NCBI GenBank assembly: GCA_024275075.1
Contig: JAJRZU010000070.1
Span: 17,234-81,233, forward strand
Direction of reading: 5' to 3'
Length of the DNA stretch: 64,000 nucleotides
From: Deltaproteobacteria bacterium
Lineage (GTDB): Bacteria; Desulfobacterota; JAJRXV01
Below the pieces are notes generated by a model. It did no database searches. It had not been told where the DNA came from and worked only from the letters and a program-made list of their open reading frames with translations. Within the stretch, counting starts at the first letter, position 1, and each line of letters starts with the position of its first letter. The position numbers were made by a program, and so were the translations under genes. This document shows positions 41,104-50,900 of this stretch, piece after piece.

Positions 41104-42486
41104 CTACATATCCTTTATCGCATATAATGTCTTATCCCATGCGGATACATACAAGTACCCTTTAGGCCCTATTGTCGGTGGATAGTTGATTATGTTACCT
41201 GTTTGTATTTTCCAAAGGAGCTTGCCCGCTTTGCTTATAGCGTAGATGTTGCTGTCATTAGAACCTACATAAATATTTCCCTTAAAGTCGATCACCGGTG
41301 ACGAGAGCACTTTGTTGCCGGTCAACACCCGCCAGATCTCAGCGCCATCCTTCCGCAAGGAGTAAATGTTCCGGTCATTTGAACCGAAGTATATATACTC
41401 GCCGTTGATCGCCGCCGTGGAATATATCGGCGCGCTGGTCTTGTAGAACCAGTTAACCTTCCCATCCTTGTTCAAAGAATAGAAGAAGTGGTCTAAAGAG
41501 CCAAAGTAAACATTACCCTCACTGTCTATGGCAGGTGAAGCTATCACCCTTAGCAGAGTCTCATATTTCCATTTAAGCTCGCCATATTTATTAACGGCAT
41601 ACAAATTATAATCATTTGAACCAATGTAAACAGTGCCTTCCTCATCCATTGCAGGGGAACCATAAATCCCCGCCTGAGTCTTATAAGTCCATCTTAAATT
41701 CCCCTTATGGTCAAGAGAGTACAGCTTCCCGTCGGAACTGCCAAAGTTTATCGAGCTGTCATTTATTGCCGCGGAGGAATTGATCATGCCCGTAGTCTCA
41801 TATATCCACTTCAATGAACCATCAGGGTTGACCGCGTAAAAGCTGTCATCATTGGAGCCTACGTAGATAGTGCCATCCTTCCCCAATGCGGGTACTGCGC
41901 TTATAACGCCATTAGTCGTGAATTTCCAAAGGACTTTGCCGTCTTTTATCGCATACAATGATTTATCAGAATTACCGGCATAAATAACGCCATCCGATGA
42001 TACGACGCAAGACGTAAAGGAACCATCCGCAGTTAATTTACACGCTACCTTACCCTTTACCGGCGCAAGGGAATTACTCTTGCCCGTGTTCTTAGCGTCT
42101 CCGCCAAAAACCTTCCACGATGTCTCTGGATACACTCTTATTGTGATTGTCTCTTTATCTGATAACTCACCGTCACTTACTGTCAGCTCAATATTATATA
42201 TGCCGATCTTGTCAGGAAAAATCGACGCCATCTTATCTTTCTTAGACTCAACAGCGGTTCTGCTGCCATTCGGGGCGCTTGTTATCTCCCACAGATAGCT
42301 AAGATCGTCACCATCCTTGTCAATACTCTTTGACCCGTCTAATGTGACCGTCTCCCCCAAAAACACATTCTGGTTCTGACCGGCGTCAGCTTTCGGCGGA
42401 GTCTGGACTTTCTTCTCCTTCTTGCATGAAATGACGCTTACCATAAAAATGAAAGCGATAACAACAACTAAATACTTCTTTATCAT
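41104..42486 (-). CDS. PQQ-like beta-propeller repeat lipoprotein (BamB-like) with PKD-like domain
   Basis: Lipobox VISCKK, a PKD-like module, then about eight PQQ/WD-like repeats (G..YAV/YSL). Confidence 0.7.
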   Translation of the reverse strand: MIKKYLVVVIAFIFMVSVISCKKEKKVQTPPKADAGQNQNVFLGETVTLDGSKSIDKDGDDLSYLWEITSAPNGSRTAVESKKDKMASIFPDKIGIYNIELTVSDGELSDKETITIRVYPETSWKVFGGDAKNTGKSNSLAPVKGKVACKLTADGSFTSCVVSSDGVIYAGNSDKSLYAIKDGKVLWKFTTNGVISAVPALGKDGTIYVGSNDDSFYAVNPDGSLKWIYETTGMINSSAAINDSSINFGSSDGKLYSLDHKGNLRWTYKTQAGIYGSPAMDEEGTVYIGSNDYNLYAVNKYGELKWKYETLLRVIASPAIDSEGNVYFGSLDHFFYSLNKDGKVNWFYKTSAPIYSTAAINGEYIYFGSNDRNIYSLRKDGAEIWRVLTGNKVLSSPVIDFKGNIYVGSNDSNIYAISKAGKLLWKIQTGNIINYPPTIGPKGYLYVSAWDKTLYAIKDM

Positions 42487-42590
42487 CCAACACCTCACTC
42501 TCTCTTATCATAATTCAGCTTAAGAACATATCAAATAATCGATGATAATTCAAGACTTTATTAATTATCAAACACAAGTAAACCGCCACG

Positions 42591-43043
42591 CTAAATTTTA
42601 CGCCGCAAAGCTCTTTGAAGCTCCCTGTCCGAGTCCTTTTTCTTTATCGCTTCCCGCTTGTCGTAAAACTTCTTACCCTTGGCAAGCGCTATCTCAAGCT
42701 TACACCTGCCCCGCTTGAAATAGAGCCGAAGCGGAACTAATGTCAGACCCTTCTCCTGTACCTTGCCGATAAGTTTCTTTATCTGAGCTTTATGCAGTAA
42801 AAGCTTACGGGTACGGCGCGGCTCATGGTTGAACCGGTTCGCAAAAGCGTACGGGCTGATGTGCATATTATAAATATACACCTCGCCATTATCTATCCTG
42901 CCAAAAGATTCTTTCAGGTTCGCTTTGCCCTGCCGGAGCGACTTCACCTCCGAACCCTTCAGGACAACACCCGCCTCAAAAGTCTCTATGATAAAATATT
43001 CATATCGCGCCTTCTTGTTCTGCGCTATTAACTTTTAACTCAT
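42591..43043 (-). CDS. smpB: SsrA-binding protein SmpB, with in-frame TAA at codon 3 (43035-43037)
   Basis: Reads [65 protein letters not shown]. The start resembles B. subtilis SmpB; the only ATG is two codons before the TAA. The track ORF starts at an internal Met. Confidence 0.75.
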
Positions 43044-43045
43044 CT

Positions 43046-43495
43046 CTAACCGATTATCTGGACTACCTTTGGTATGTATCGTGTATCCTTGTCTATCTTC
43101 CTGCTGACAGACTTTACGAAGAATATGCTCAAAACAAGGAATATCAATGCCGTCAACGCCGAGAGCGAATCCTTTGTCATGCTTTCACCGATGTACGGGT
43201 GAAGCGCACCGCCGATTATGCCGCCGGCGACAAGCGATATCACCGGTACCATGTACACCAGAAATGTCGCCTTTAGAAACGACTTCTCAGGAACCTCTAT
43301 CTTTACGGTATCGCCATCCTTCGCGCCAGCTGTGTTTAAGGCGCGGACTACCGCGTAGTCGCCGCCTTCACCCATCCCGCACATCTCCTTGGAAGAACAA
43401 TGATCGCACGCGCCTGTACGCTCCGTCTGCACTAACGCGTACTCACCCTCTATGCCCTGAACAACACCGACCTCTTGTATCATCATCACCTCCAC
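43046..43495 (-). CDS. rseC: RseC/MucC family positive regulator of sigma-E-like Fe-S membrane protein
   Basis: Cys-containing N-terminal domain (GACDHCSS..C) plus two TM helices. Downstream of cooS on the same strand. Confidence 0.7.
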   Translation of the reverse strand: MEVMMIQEVGVVQGIEGEYALVQTERTGACDHCSSKEMCGMGEGGDYAVVRALNTAGAKDGDTVKIEVPEKSFLKATFLVYMVPVISLVAGGIIGGALHPYIGESMTKDSLSALTALIFLVLSIFFVKSVSRKIDKDTRYIPKVVQIIG

Positions 43496-43671
43496 GTCTC
43501 ATAAAGCAGAATACTCTAATAATACTACATTTACCAAAAAAAGTTAAACATTTTTTATTTTTAATTCGTTTTTCTGAAATCCAATGGGGAGAAACAATAA
43601 AACGAAGAAAAGCCGGTAAGGGCACAAACATCGTACCCATACCGGCTCGCCTACCGCATAATATGCCCTTT

Positions 43672-45546
43672 TTATATCCCTAATGCGGCTCTCTTTTTAT
43701 TTATATGGTCTTCGATTCCGTTCACTATCTCCACAGGGTCTTCCCCCACCGCTACTTTACCACCGGTGATACCCTCGATGCCGCTGGTCAACAGCGCGAC
43801 GAGCTCTGGTGCGCCCGTGACAGGCGGAGTCGGTGATACGTGCGTGTAGAGCCCGAACGCTACCGCAAAGAACGCGTCGATAACCGCTTTCTGCTCAAGA
43901 TACTCTGGTGCTGTCACCGCAACGGGCAGCTGCGACGGATCCACCCCGAGCGCGTCCGCGATGGCGGTCACGAGGTTCGCTATCCGACCGGTATCCGAAC
44001 ATGTACCGAAACTTAGCACCGGTGGGATGTTCAGCGCCTTGCAAAGCCCTTTCAGCTTCTCGCCGGCAATGTCAGCCGCCTCTAACGTAGTCAGACCGCC
44101 CACCTGCAAAGCGGCGTTACCGCAACCGGCGCTTAGCACCAGTATATCGCGCTTGATCAGCTCCTTCGCGACGGCAATCGAGAGCGCGTCCTGCGGGCCG
44201 TTCTTCAGCGTCGTACAGCTTATCAACGCCGTGACGCCTTTTATGGTGCCGTTTTTGATAGCGTCTAAAAGCGGTGTAAGGCTCCCGCCCAACACATCCA
44301 GAATCGCCTCGGCGGAACAGCCGGAGATTATCTGCTTCTTATGCTCAGATGGTGAGGATGGCTTGTCCTTGCGGTTCTCAAAATTACTGATCGCGATATC
44401 TATCAGCTCAAGAGCGATACTCTTCGCGTCTTCGGGCAGATAGTTCAACCGCTTGTCAACGCCTTGCAGCGCGACGAGCTTTGACACCGGTACTATTGTC
44501 GCGTTGTACTTTTCGGCGTATTCGCTCAGCGTCGGTATCGTACAGTTCATATCAGCCGCGAAAACGTCAACGGTACCGGTCGCCAGAACAAACTCCTCGT
44601 TGAGCCAGTTACCGGTCAGGCCGACGAAAACGTCATCGCATTCGAAGCGCTGGATCAGCTCCTGACCGGTCTCGATAGAACCGACAACGTGTATCCCCTT
44701 CGCGCCCGCCGCGACGGCTTTCCCGTTCAGCCCCGGGTCGTCCTTTATCACCTTTATCAGCGCCGCCCCGACGAACGGTTCATGACCGTTCACAACGATA
44801 TTGACGTAATCCTTCTCAAGTATCCCGATATCAACGTTTGTCTTGTGCGGCTTTGGTGTACCAAAAAGTATGTCGTGGCACATCTCGATCGGTACGAGCG
44901 CTCCGTACGTGGACGCTATCCCCAGCCTGAGCGCTTTGAGCGCGAGCGATACATAATCACCGTCAACGTTGGTCATAGCTGATGTAGACGCGCTCATGAT
45001 CTCGTGCAGCGGGCCGCCGGGGAAGATACCAAGCTTTCTCCAGAGCTCCTTCCTGCTCTTCGGCGCGAACGCGTTGACCATCGTTGACTCTGTGTCACCG
45101 TCAAGGTTTATCTGGGCAATAATGAAGTCGGCGACATCGCCCGCTATCTTATTGGTATCGCCGTCCGTGTTTATACCAAGCTTTTCGGCGAACCCCTTGA
45201 GTTTTCCCGGTTCTTTTACCGCAAACACATCGCTGCCGTTCGCCGCCGCCTTAAGCGTTTTCGCGCTCTCGACCGCGTGAAAAGAATAGGCGGCGATACC
45301 CATTATATTCCTGTGCAGCATATTCCTCATCGCCATAGTGTTCGCGTCGACACCACATGCCCCCCTTGACGCTTTCGCGGTCAGACGGCATGGCCCCATC
45401 GAACATAACTGACAGCTCACCCCGTCAGAGCAGAACTTGCATCTTATGCCCTGAGCGTCAAACCTTTCGACGACAGAACTCATACCGTCAGCCTTTACCT
45501 TCTCGTGCATCTGTACCACACTTTCATGTGCGCTTACTTTTTCCAT
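43672..45546 (-). CDS. cooS: Anaerobic Ni-dependent carbon monoxide dehydrogenase catalytic subunit CooS
   Basis: N-terminal CKFCSDGVSCQLCSMGPCRL aligns with the CooS B/D-cluster motif CGFGETGLCCRHCLQGPCRI. Prismane/HCP fold; 624 aa. Confidence 0.9.
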   Translation of the reverse strand: MEKVSAHESVVQMHEKVKADGMSSVVERFDAQGIRCKFCSDGVSCQLCSMGPCRLTAKASRGACGVDANTMAMRNMLHRNIMGIAAYSFHAVESAKTLKAAANGSDVFAVKEPGKLKGFAEKLGINTDGDTNKIAGDVADFIIAQINLDGDTESTMVNAFAPKSRKELWRKLGIFPGGPLHEIMSASTSAMTNVDGDYVSLALKALRLGIASTYGALVPIEMCHDILFGTPKPHKTNVDIGILEKDYVNIVVNGHEPFVGAALIKVIKDDPGLNGKAVAAGAKGIHVVGSIETGQELIQRFECDDVFVGLTGNWLNEEFVLATGTVDVFAADMNCTIPTLSEYAEKYNATIVPVSKLVALQGVDKRLNYLPEDAKSIALELIDIAISNFENRKDKPSSPSEHKKQIISGCSAEAILDVLGGSLTPLLDAIKNGTIKGVTALISCTTLKNGPQDALSIAVAKELIKRDILVLSAGCGNAALQVGGLTTLEAADIAGEKLKGLCKALNIPPVLSFGTCSDTGRIANLVTAIADALGVDPSQLPVAVTAPEYLEQKAVIDAFFAVAFGLYTHVSPTPPVTGAPELVALLTSGIEGITGGKVAVGEDPVEIVNGIEDHINKKRAALGI

Positions 45547-45849
45547 TTAACAGCCTCCTTAAATTTTAGTTGCAGATTAACGTAATGAAAGAAATATATA
45601 ACTTATTAGGGGTGAACTCCTTGACTAATGTCAAAATAAGGTTCTTTTACAATGTAATGGATTTTTCCTGACTGTCAAGGCGCGCCCGTGCGTTGAATAC
45701 TTATTTCCTTTACACAAGGCGTATATTATGCTAAAAATCAGTTAGATTAAAAAGACTCTGCATGCCCCATAAACCGTCCCCCTGCCTTGATGGGGGAGGG
45801 AGTTTTTATGTAGTGCAACAGTCTTATCAAGTAATTTCCCGGTGCGTTT

Positions 45850-46635
45850 ATGGAGAACGTTTTTTACAGCACAACCGATTTCAATTCCCGCTATAAAGTG
45901 AAGCTGAGCGCTTTTGAGGGTCCGCTGGATCTTTTACTCTACCTTATCAAGAAGAACAAGGTGGATATCTATGACATCCCCATAGCGGTGATAACCGAGC
46001 AGTACCTCGAATATATCAAGAAGATGAAGGAGCTTAATTTAGACCTTGCCGGTGAGTACCTGCTCATGGCGGCGACGCTGACGTACATCAAATCGCGGAT
46101 GCTGTTGCCGGTGGAGGAAGAGGAGGACGAGTTTGGTGAGGAACCAGAAGACCCCCGCGCCGAGCTTGTCAGGAAGCTCCTTGACTACCAGCGCTACAAG
46201 GGCGCGTCAGAGTACTTTACCAGGTGCAGCATGTTAGAGCGGGATGTATTCCCATGCGGGCGGTATGAAGCAGAGGAGCTCAAGAAAGAGATAACGGGCA
46301 GCGGCGATTTCGACGTATCCATCTTCCAGCTTATCAAGGCTATCTCATCGATCATCAAAGAATCAAAGGAGAAGATCGTTCACGAGGTAACGGCGGAAAA
46401 GCTCACGTTAAAGGACAAAATAAACGAGCTGACCTTAAAGTTGAATAATGAGGAGATGTTCCTGTTCAAGGCGCTGTTTGAGGGCGCCGCGGGGAGGCAT
46501 GAGATCATAGTGACCTTTCTGGCGCTTTTAGAGCTTATCAAGCTGAACGTGGTGAAGGTCGTACAGGTAAGCAGGTTCGGCCCGATACGGATCATGTCGC
46601 TGATTTACAATTCTTCTCAAGGAGGGGACGCATAG
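45850..46635 (+). CDS. scpA: Segregation and condensation protein A
   Basis: ScpA kleisin N- and C-terminal domains (FEGPLDLLLYLIKKNKVDIYDIPIAVIT). Confidence 0.9.
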   Translation: MENVFYSTTDFNSRYKVKLSAFEGPLDLLLYLIKKNKVDIYDIPIAVITEQYLEYIKKMKELNLDLAGEYLLMAATLTYIKSRMLLPVEEEEDEFGEEPEDPRAELVRKLLDYQRYKGASEYFTRCSMLERDVFPCGRYEAEELKKEITGSGDFDVSIFQLIKAISSIIKESKEKIVHEVTAEKLTLKDKINELTLKLNNEEMFLFKALFEGAAGRHEIIVTFLALLELIKLNVVKVVQVSRFGPIRIMSLIYNSSQGGDA

Positions 46636-47250
46636 TTGAGTGACGATCGTACAAAAAAGGATTTCATCGAGGAAGTGGAGCTTACGAAACCGATAATCGA
46701 GGCGATGATCTTTTCGTCAAAGACTCCTGTTACTGTCAGGCATATCGTCGAAGCGCTCAACGTCTCCATGGAACCGGTGGACAGCGTATCCAGCGACGTG
46801 ATAAAGACAGCGCTCTCCCAGCTGAAAGAGGAGTATAAACAAAGCAGCCGCGGGATATGCCTGATGGAGATATCCGGTGGGCACCACTTCCGCACCAAGC
46901 CGCAGTATAAAGAATATATCGTGAGTCTGACGAAGGCGAGGCCGGTTAAGTTATCCCCGTCCGCGTTGGAGACGCTGGCTATCATAGCGTACAAACAACC
47001 GATAATCAAGGCGGAGATCGAGGACATCCGTGGTGTAGATTCGGGTTACATCGTGCGCTCGCTACTCGAGAAGAAGCTTATCAGGATAGTCGGCAGGAAG
47101 GATATTGCCGGCAGGCCGCTGATATACAGTACTACGCATGAGTTCTTAGAGGTGTTCTCATTGAAGGATCTCTCAGATCTGCCGACACTAAAAGATATCA
47201 AGGAGCTTGGGAAGAGTGAGCTTGACGATTCCCAGCTCTCTTTCCTTTAG
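46636..47250 (+). CDS. scpB: Segregation and condensation protein B
   Basis: Tandem winged-helix ScpB; TTG start abutting the scpA stop. Confidence 0.9.
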   Translation: MSDDRTKKDFIEEVELTKPIIEAMIFSSKTPVTVRHIVEALNVSMEPVDSVSSDVIKTALSQLKEEYKQSSRGICLMEISGGHHFRTKPQYKEYIVSLTKARPVKLSPSALETLAIIAYKQPIIKAEIEDIRGVDSGYIVRSLLEKKLIRIVGRKDIAGRPLIYSTTHEFLEVFSLKDLSDLPTLKDIKELGKSELDDSQLSFL

Positions 47251-47252
47251 AT

Positions 47253-47963
47253 ATGCTTATCCGGTTACAGAAAATAATTTCAGACGCGGGGATAACCTCG
47301 CGCAGAGCGGCTGAGGAGCTGATAACAGCCGGTAAGGTACGCGTGAACAAAGTTGTGGTGACGAAACTTGGCGCCAAAGCCGACCTGGAAAAGGATGTTA
47401 TCACCGTAAATGGCCGCACAATAAAGCCGACACAAAAAAAAATCTACATCATGATGCATAAACCTGTCGGTTATGTGACGACAATGAAGGATCCGCAAGG
47501 CAGAGCGGTAGTCACCGACCTCCTAAAGGGCGTCAGGGAGCGGGTCTACCCTGTCGGCAGGCTCGATTACGATTCATCAGGGCTTCTGCTCTTTACAAAC
47601 GACGGTGAGACAGCGAACAAGCTCGCGCATCCGCGGCACAAGGTTTCTAAGAGATATAAAGTGAAGATCAAGGGGAAGCTAACCGGTGTGGAGCTTAGAA
47701 AGCTGCGAAGCGGTGACCCGAAGCTCGGTTTCTTCGCGCCGGTCGAGGTATATGTAGACACTGCCCTGCCCAAAAACACGTGGCTTGTCATAACCATTGC
47801 GCAAGGGAAGAACCGGCAGGTGAGAAGGATGTGTGAATCTGTCGGGCATGATGTGCTAAAGCTTATACGCGAATCTTATGGTGAGCTTACGCTCGGCGCC
47901 TTGAAACCCGGGGAGTTCCGCCACCTGACACAGCATGAGATGCGGTATTTGAAGGGAGTGTAA
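47253..47963 (+). CDS. rluB: 23S rRNA pseudouridine synthase (RluB/RsuA family)
   Basis: S4 domain (ITSRRAAEELITAGKVRVN) plus catalytic RLDYDSSGLLLFTNDG motif. Confidence 0.85.
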   Translation: MLIRLQKIISDAGITSRRAAEELITAGKVRVNKVVVTKLGAKADLEKDVITVNGRTIKPTQKKIYIMMHKPVGYVTTMKDPQGRAVVTDLLKGVRERVYPVGRLDYDSSGLLLFTNDGETANKLAHPRHKVSKRYKVKIKGKLTGVELRKLRSGDPKLGFFAPVEVYVDTALPKNTWLVITIAQGKNRQVRRMCESVGHDVLKLIRESYGELTLGALKPGEFRHLTQHEMRYLKGV

Positions 47964-47970
47964 AGGGGTG

Positions 47971-50900
47971 TTACCGGAACCCGAAGCGGAACTTCAGATC
48001 GCCGCCGAAGGAACCGCGGGAAGCGTCGCCTTTATCTTCCCAGCCGCCCAACAAAGAGAAGTTCTTGCTAAGCGAATATTCCAGCTCCACGCTCTGCTCC
48101 TTTGTCCCGATTATGTCGGTCGTGTAGGTGACGGTGATGTTGTCGTTAATCTCCTTACCGACGATAAGCCTGGCGGAGGTCGCTTCGGACGATTCGGAAT
48201 AGTACGGGTCGATCTTGAACCGGTCGAACCCGATATACTTGCCAAGCTTTTTTTGCAGGTTCTTTTGAGCAATATCAGACGCGATCCTAAGAGCCTCTAA
48301 TTTCCGCTTCTCACCTTTTTCCTCCTCTGTTTCCGCGGGATCGATACCAAACAGGATTAGCGCGGCGATCTCGGTTTTGTCAAGAGCGGGATTAGAATCG
48401 ATATTAAGTTTCGCGTCCTCCATCTCACCGGTAAGGCGAAGCGAGACGGTATATATGTTATCAGAGCCGGTCGGCTTGACTTCGCGCTCGGCGAGGATAT
48501 CAAAGAATGGCGAGATGTACGATTCGTTCGCGAAGTTCACCATCCCTGATACGATCTCAAATTCTTTGTCCATGTAAAACACCTTGCCGGTGATAATCTC
48601 TATATTCCCGATGATCACCGGATCGGCAGCGTTACCTATCAGATTGACATTCCCTTTTAACTCACATTTAGCGACGTTATTGTCAATTATCAGGTCTTTC
48701 TCACCGTTTATTACAACATCGAATTCCAGGGATCCCCCCTTTCCTTTATACTGCTTCGGCTCGGATTTCCGCTTCTTGAAGGTCGGGAACAGATCCTTGA
48801 AGCTGACGATATCCGCGGCTAACAGCTCCTCTACCTTTATGATATCCTTAACGTTTATTACTTTAACCGGTCTTGTGTACCGAAGCTTTAGTATGTCTAC
48901 GCCGCCAAACAGAACAAGCTCTTCTAAGCCCCCCTCCAATTTCAGGTGCGAAGTGGTCTGCGAATAAATGCCCTCAGGGTAATTCAGCGCTAACCGCTCG
49001 CAATCTATCGCCAGATTCAGGCTGGTCGGTTTGAATTCAGAGAGTGTGACCTCACCGGTTACAAATACCGGCGTCTTGTTAAGCTCACCGGTTATCTTCT
49101 TGATTGTCAGCTCCTTCCTCGATAACTGGATAGTACCGGTGATATTGTTGATATTCTTCGGGAATTTCAATACGCCCAAGACACCGTTTTCTATCTTCAA
49201 CGTACCAAAAACTTCCGGGTCTTTTATGTCGCCTTTTACGCTCGCATCGAATGTGGACAGGCCGCCTATCCGCTCGATCTCCTTTGGCAGGAATGGCTTG
49301 ACAAACGGCAGTTTCATCGTACCCCCCATCTTCAGGTCGGCAACAGAGTCCCTGCCGACGGCGCCGGTAACAAACAAGCTTGAGTTTTCATCCTTCAGCT
49401 TTAACGAGTCTACACTGAAAATCGCACCGTCATAAGTGACTTTTATGGTGTCGTCGTTCCTGAACTCAAGGCCGCTGGCCTTTATTGTCAGATGATCGGA
49501 TTCAAGTAAGACGAGATAATCGTTATAATCAACGATGCCGCCTGATAACGTCAGCTTGAACTTTACGGCGCCGTCAATATCCTCGGGCAAGTCCACTTTA
49601 AATCGCCTTAAAAGTTCGGGGTAATCCAACTCCTTTGGTGTCGCCAGGGTTATCTCGTATCTCTTCTTATCCTTATAGTCGACTACGCCGCTTATCCGCA
49701 AAAGGCTGTCAGCACATATCCCGCGGATTTTCAAAAGCTTCCTTTTGGTAGCCAGATTGACGCATATCTTACCTAATTCGAACTCTTCATAGCTGACATC
49801 ATCAAAGTTCATCAAGCCGTTTACGTCCCTTAAGTTTGCGAGAAGATCCGTTGTATTATCGATGGAGATGACGTTGTTCAGCTTGAAGTTCAAAGAGATA
49901 TTCGCTTTGCCCTTTATCGCTTCTGACTTGTCGATATATTTATTGATATCGCTCATCAAAAGGTCTGTTACCGAGATCTCCGCCAGGGTCAGGTCAATAT
50001 CGCCATCGTATATAAAGCTCGTGGAGAACTGGATCTTCTCCTCTAATATCGACATGTCAATATCGCCCGCGCGCTCATCATAGCCGATATTAAGACCCGC
50101 TTCTTTAAATTTGTACCCGGCGGTTATCAGGTCAGTCAGCTCGATGTCAGCCTCTAAGTCACCGGTATTTATAAAGTAATTATTTATATCTTTTATGTTG
50201 TCATAATCCAGTAACGTTTTGAATTTCAGCCTGCCGTTTACTGTGGCCTTAACATCCGCATCGCCGTCAAAGAGTGATATTAGGTCATCTAACATTAAAT
50301 CGATAAAAATCCCGTTGAATTCAAGCTCATTCAACTTCTCACCGCGAAGGCGCAGATCAAGCTTCAATTCTTTTTTTAAAAAGTACCCCTTTACCGTTAT
50401 CCCATCATCATTATAAGTAAGGATAAAATTTGAATTCCTGACAACCTGCCCGTTGTAAGTCATGCCGCTTACGGTAACTTCCATGAACGCGTCTTTTATA
50501 CCGTCGTCGGCTCCAAGTATCCTGCCGGTGGAGAAGACCTTCGCGTCAACGTCAATATCGTCGTATTTTAAGGTGCTTAGAACATGTTTGACGCCTATGT
50601 CCGCCGCGGTATACTCAAGGTCAAACGAACCGTCCTTCACTACGATATTGCCGCTAAGATCGACGCGCGCCTGATCCTTTGTGATCCGTGCCTGCTTTAT
50701 ATCAACCATATAAGTTTGTAACTCTTCATTATCATAAATACGCGCTTTTACAGATATATCCACTGGCAGATCATACGCGGTAAGGTACGGTGCGGCCATA
50801 TCGAGCTTGATTTCAGGCGCCTTGGCGCTACCGTGGATATCGACCGTACCGGTAAGAGAGCCGCTTAGATTGTCCAGCGTGTCCACACTCTTCTCACCAA

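Noticed and set aside
45757-45800. Terminator or sRNA hairpin CCCCC-TGCCTTGAT-GGGGG followed by AGGGAGTTTTT upstream of scpA
   Set aside because: The stem is only 5 bp and is separated from the T-run. No gene lies upstream on the plus strand. It is more likely part of the scpA leader and ribosome-binding site (GGAGGGAG) or the divergent cooS promoter region.
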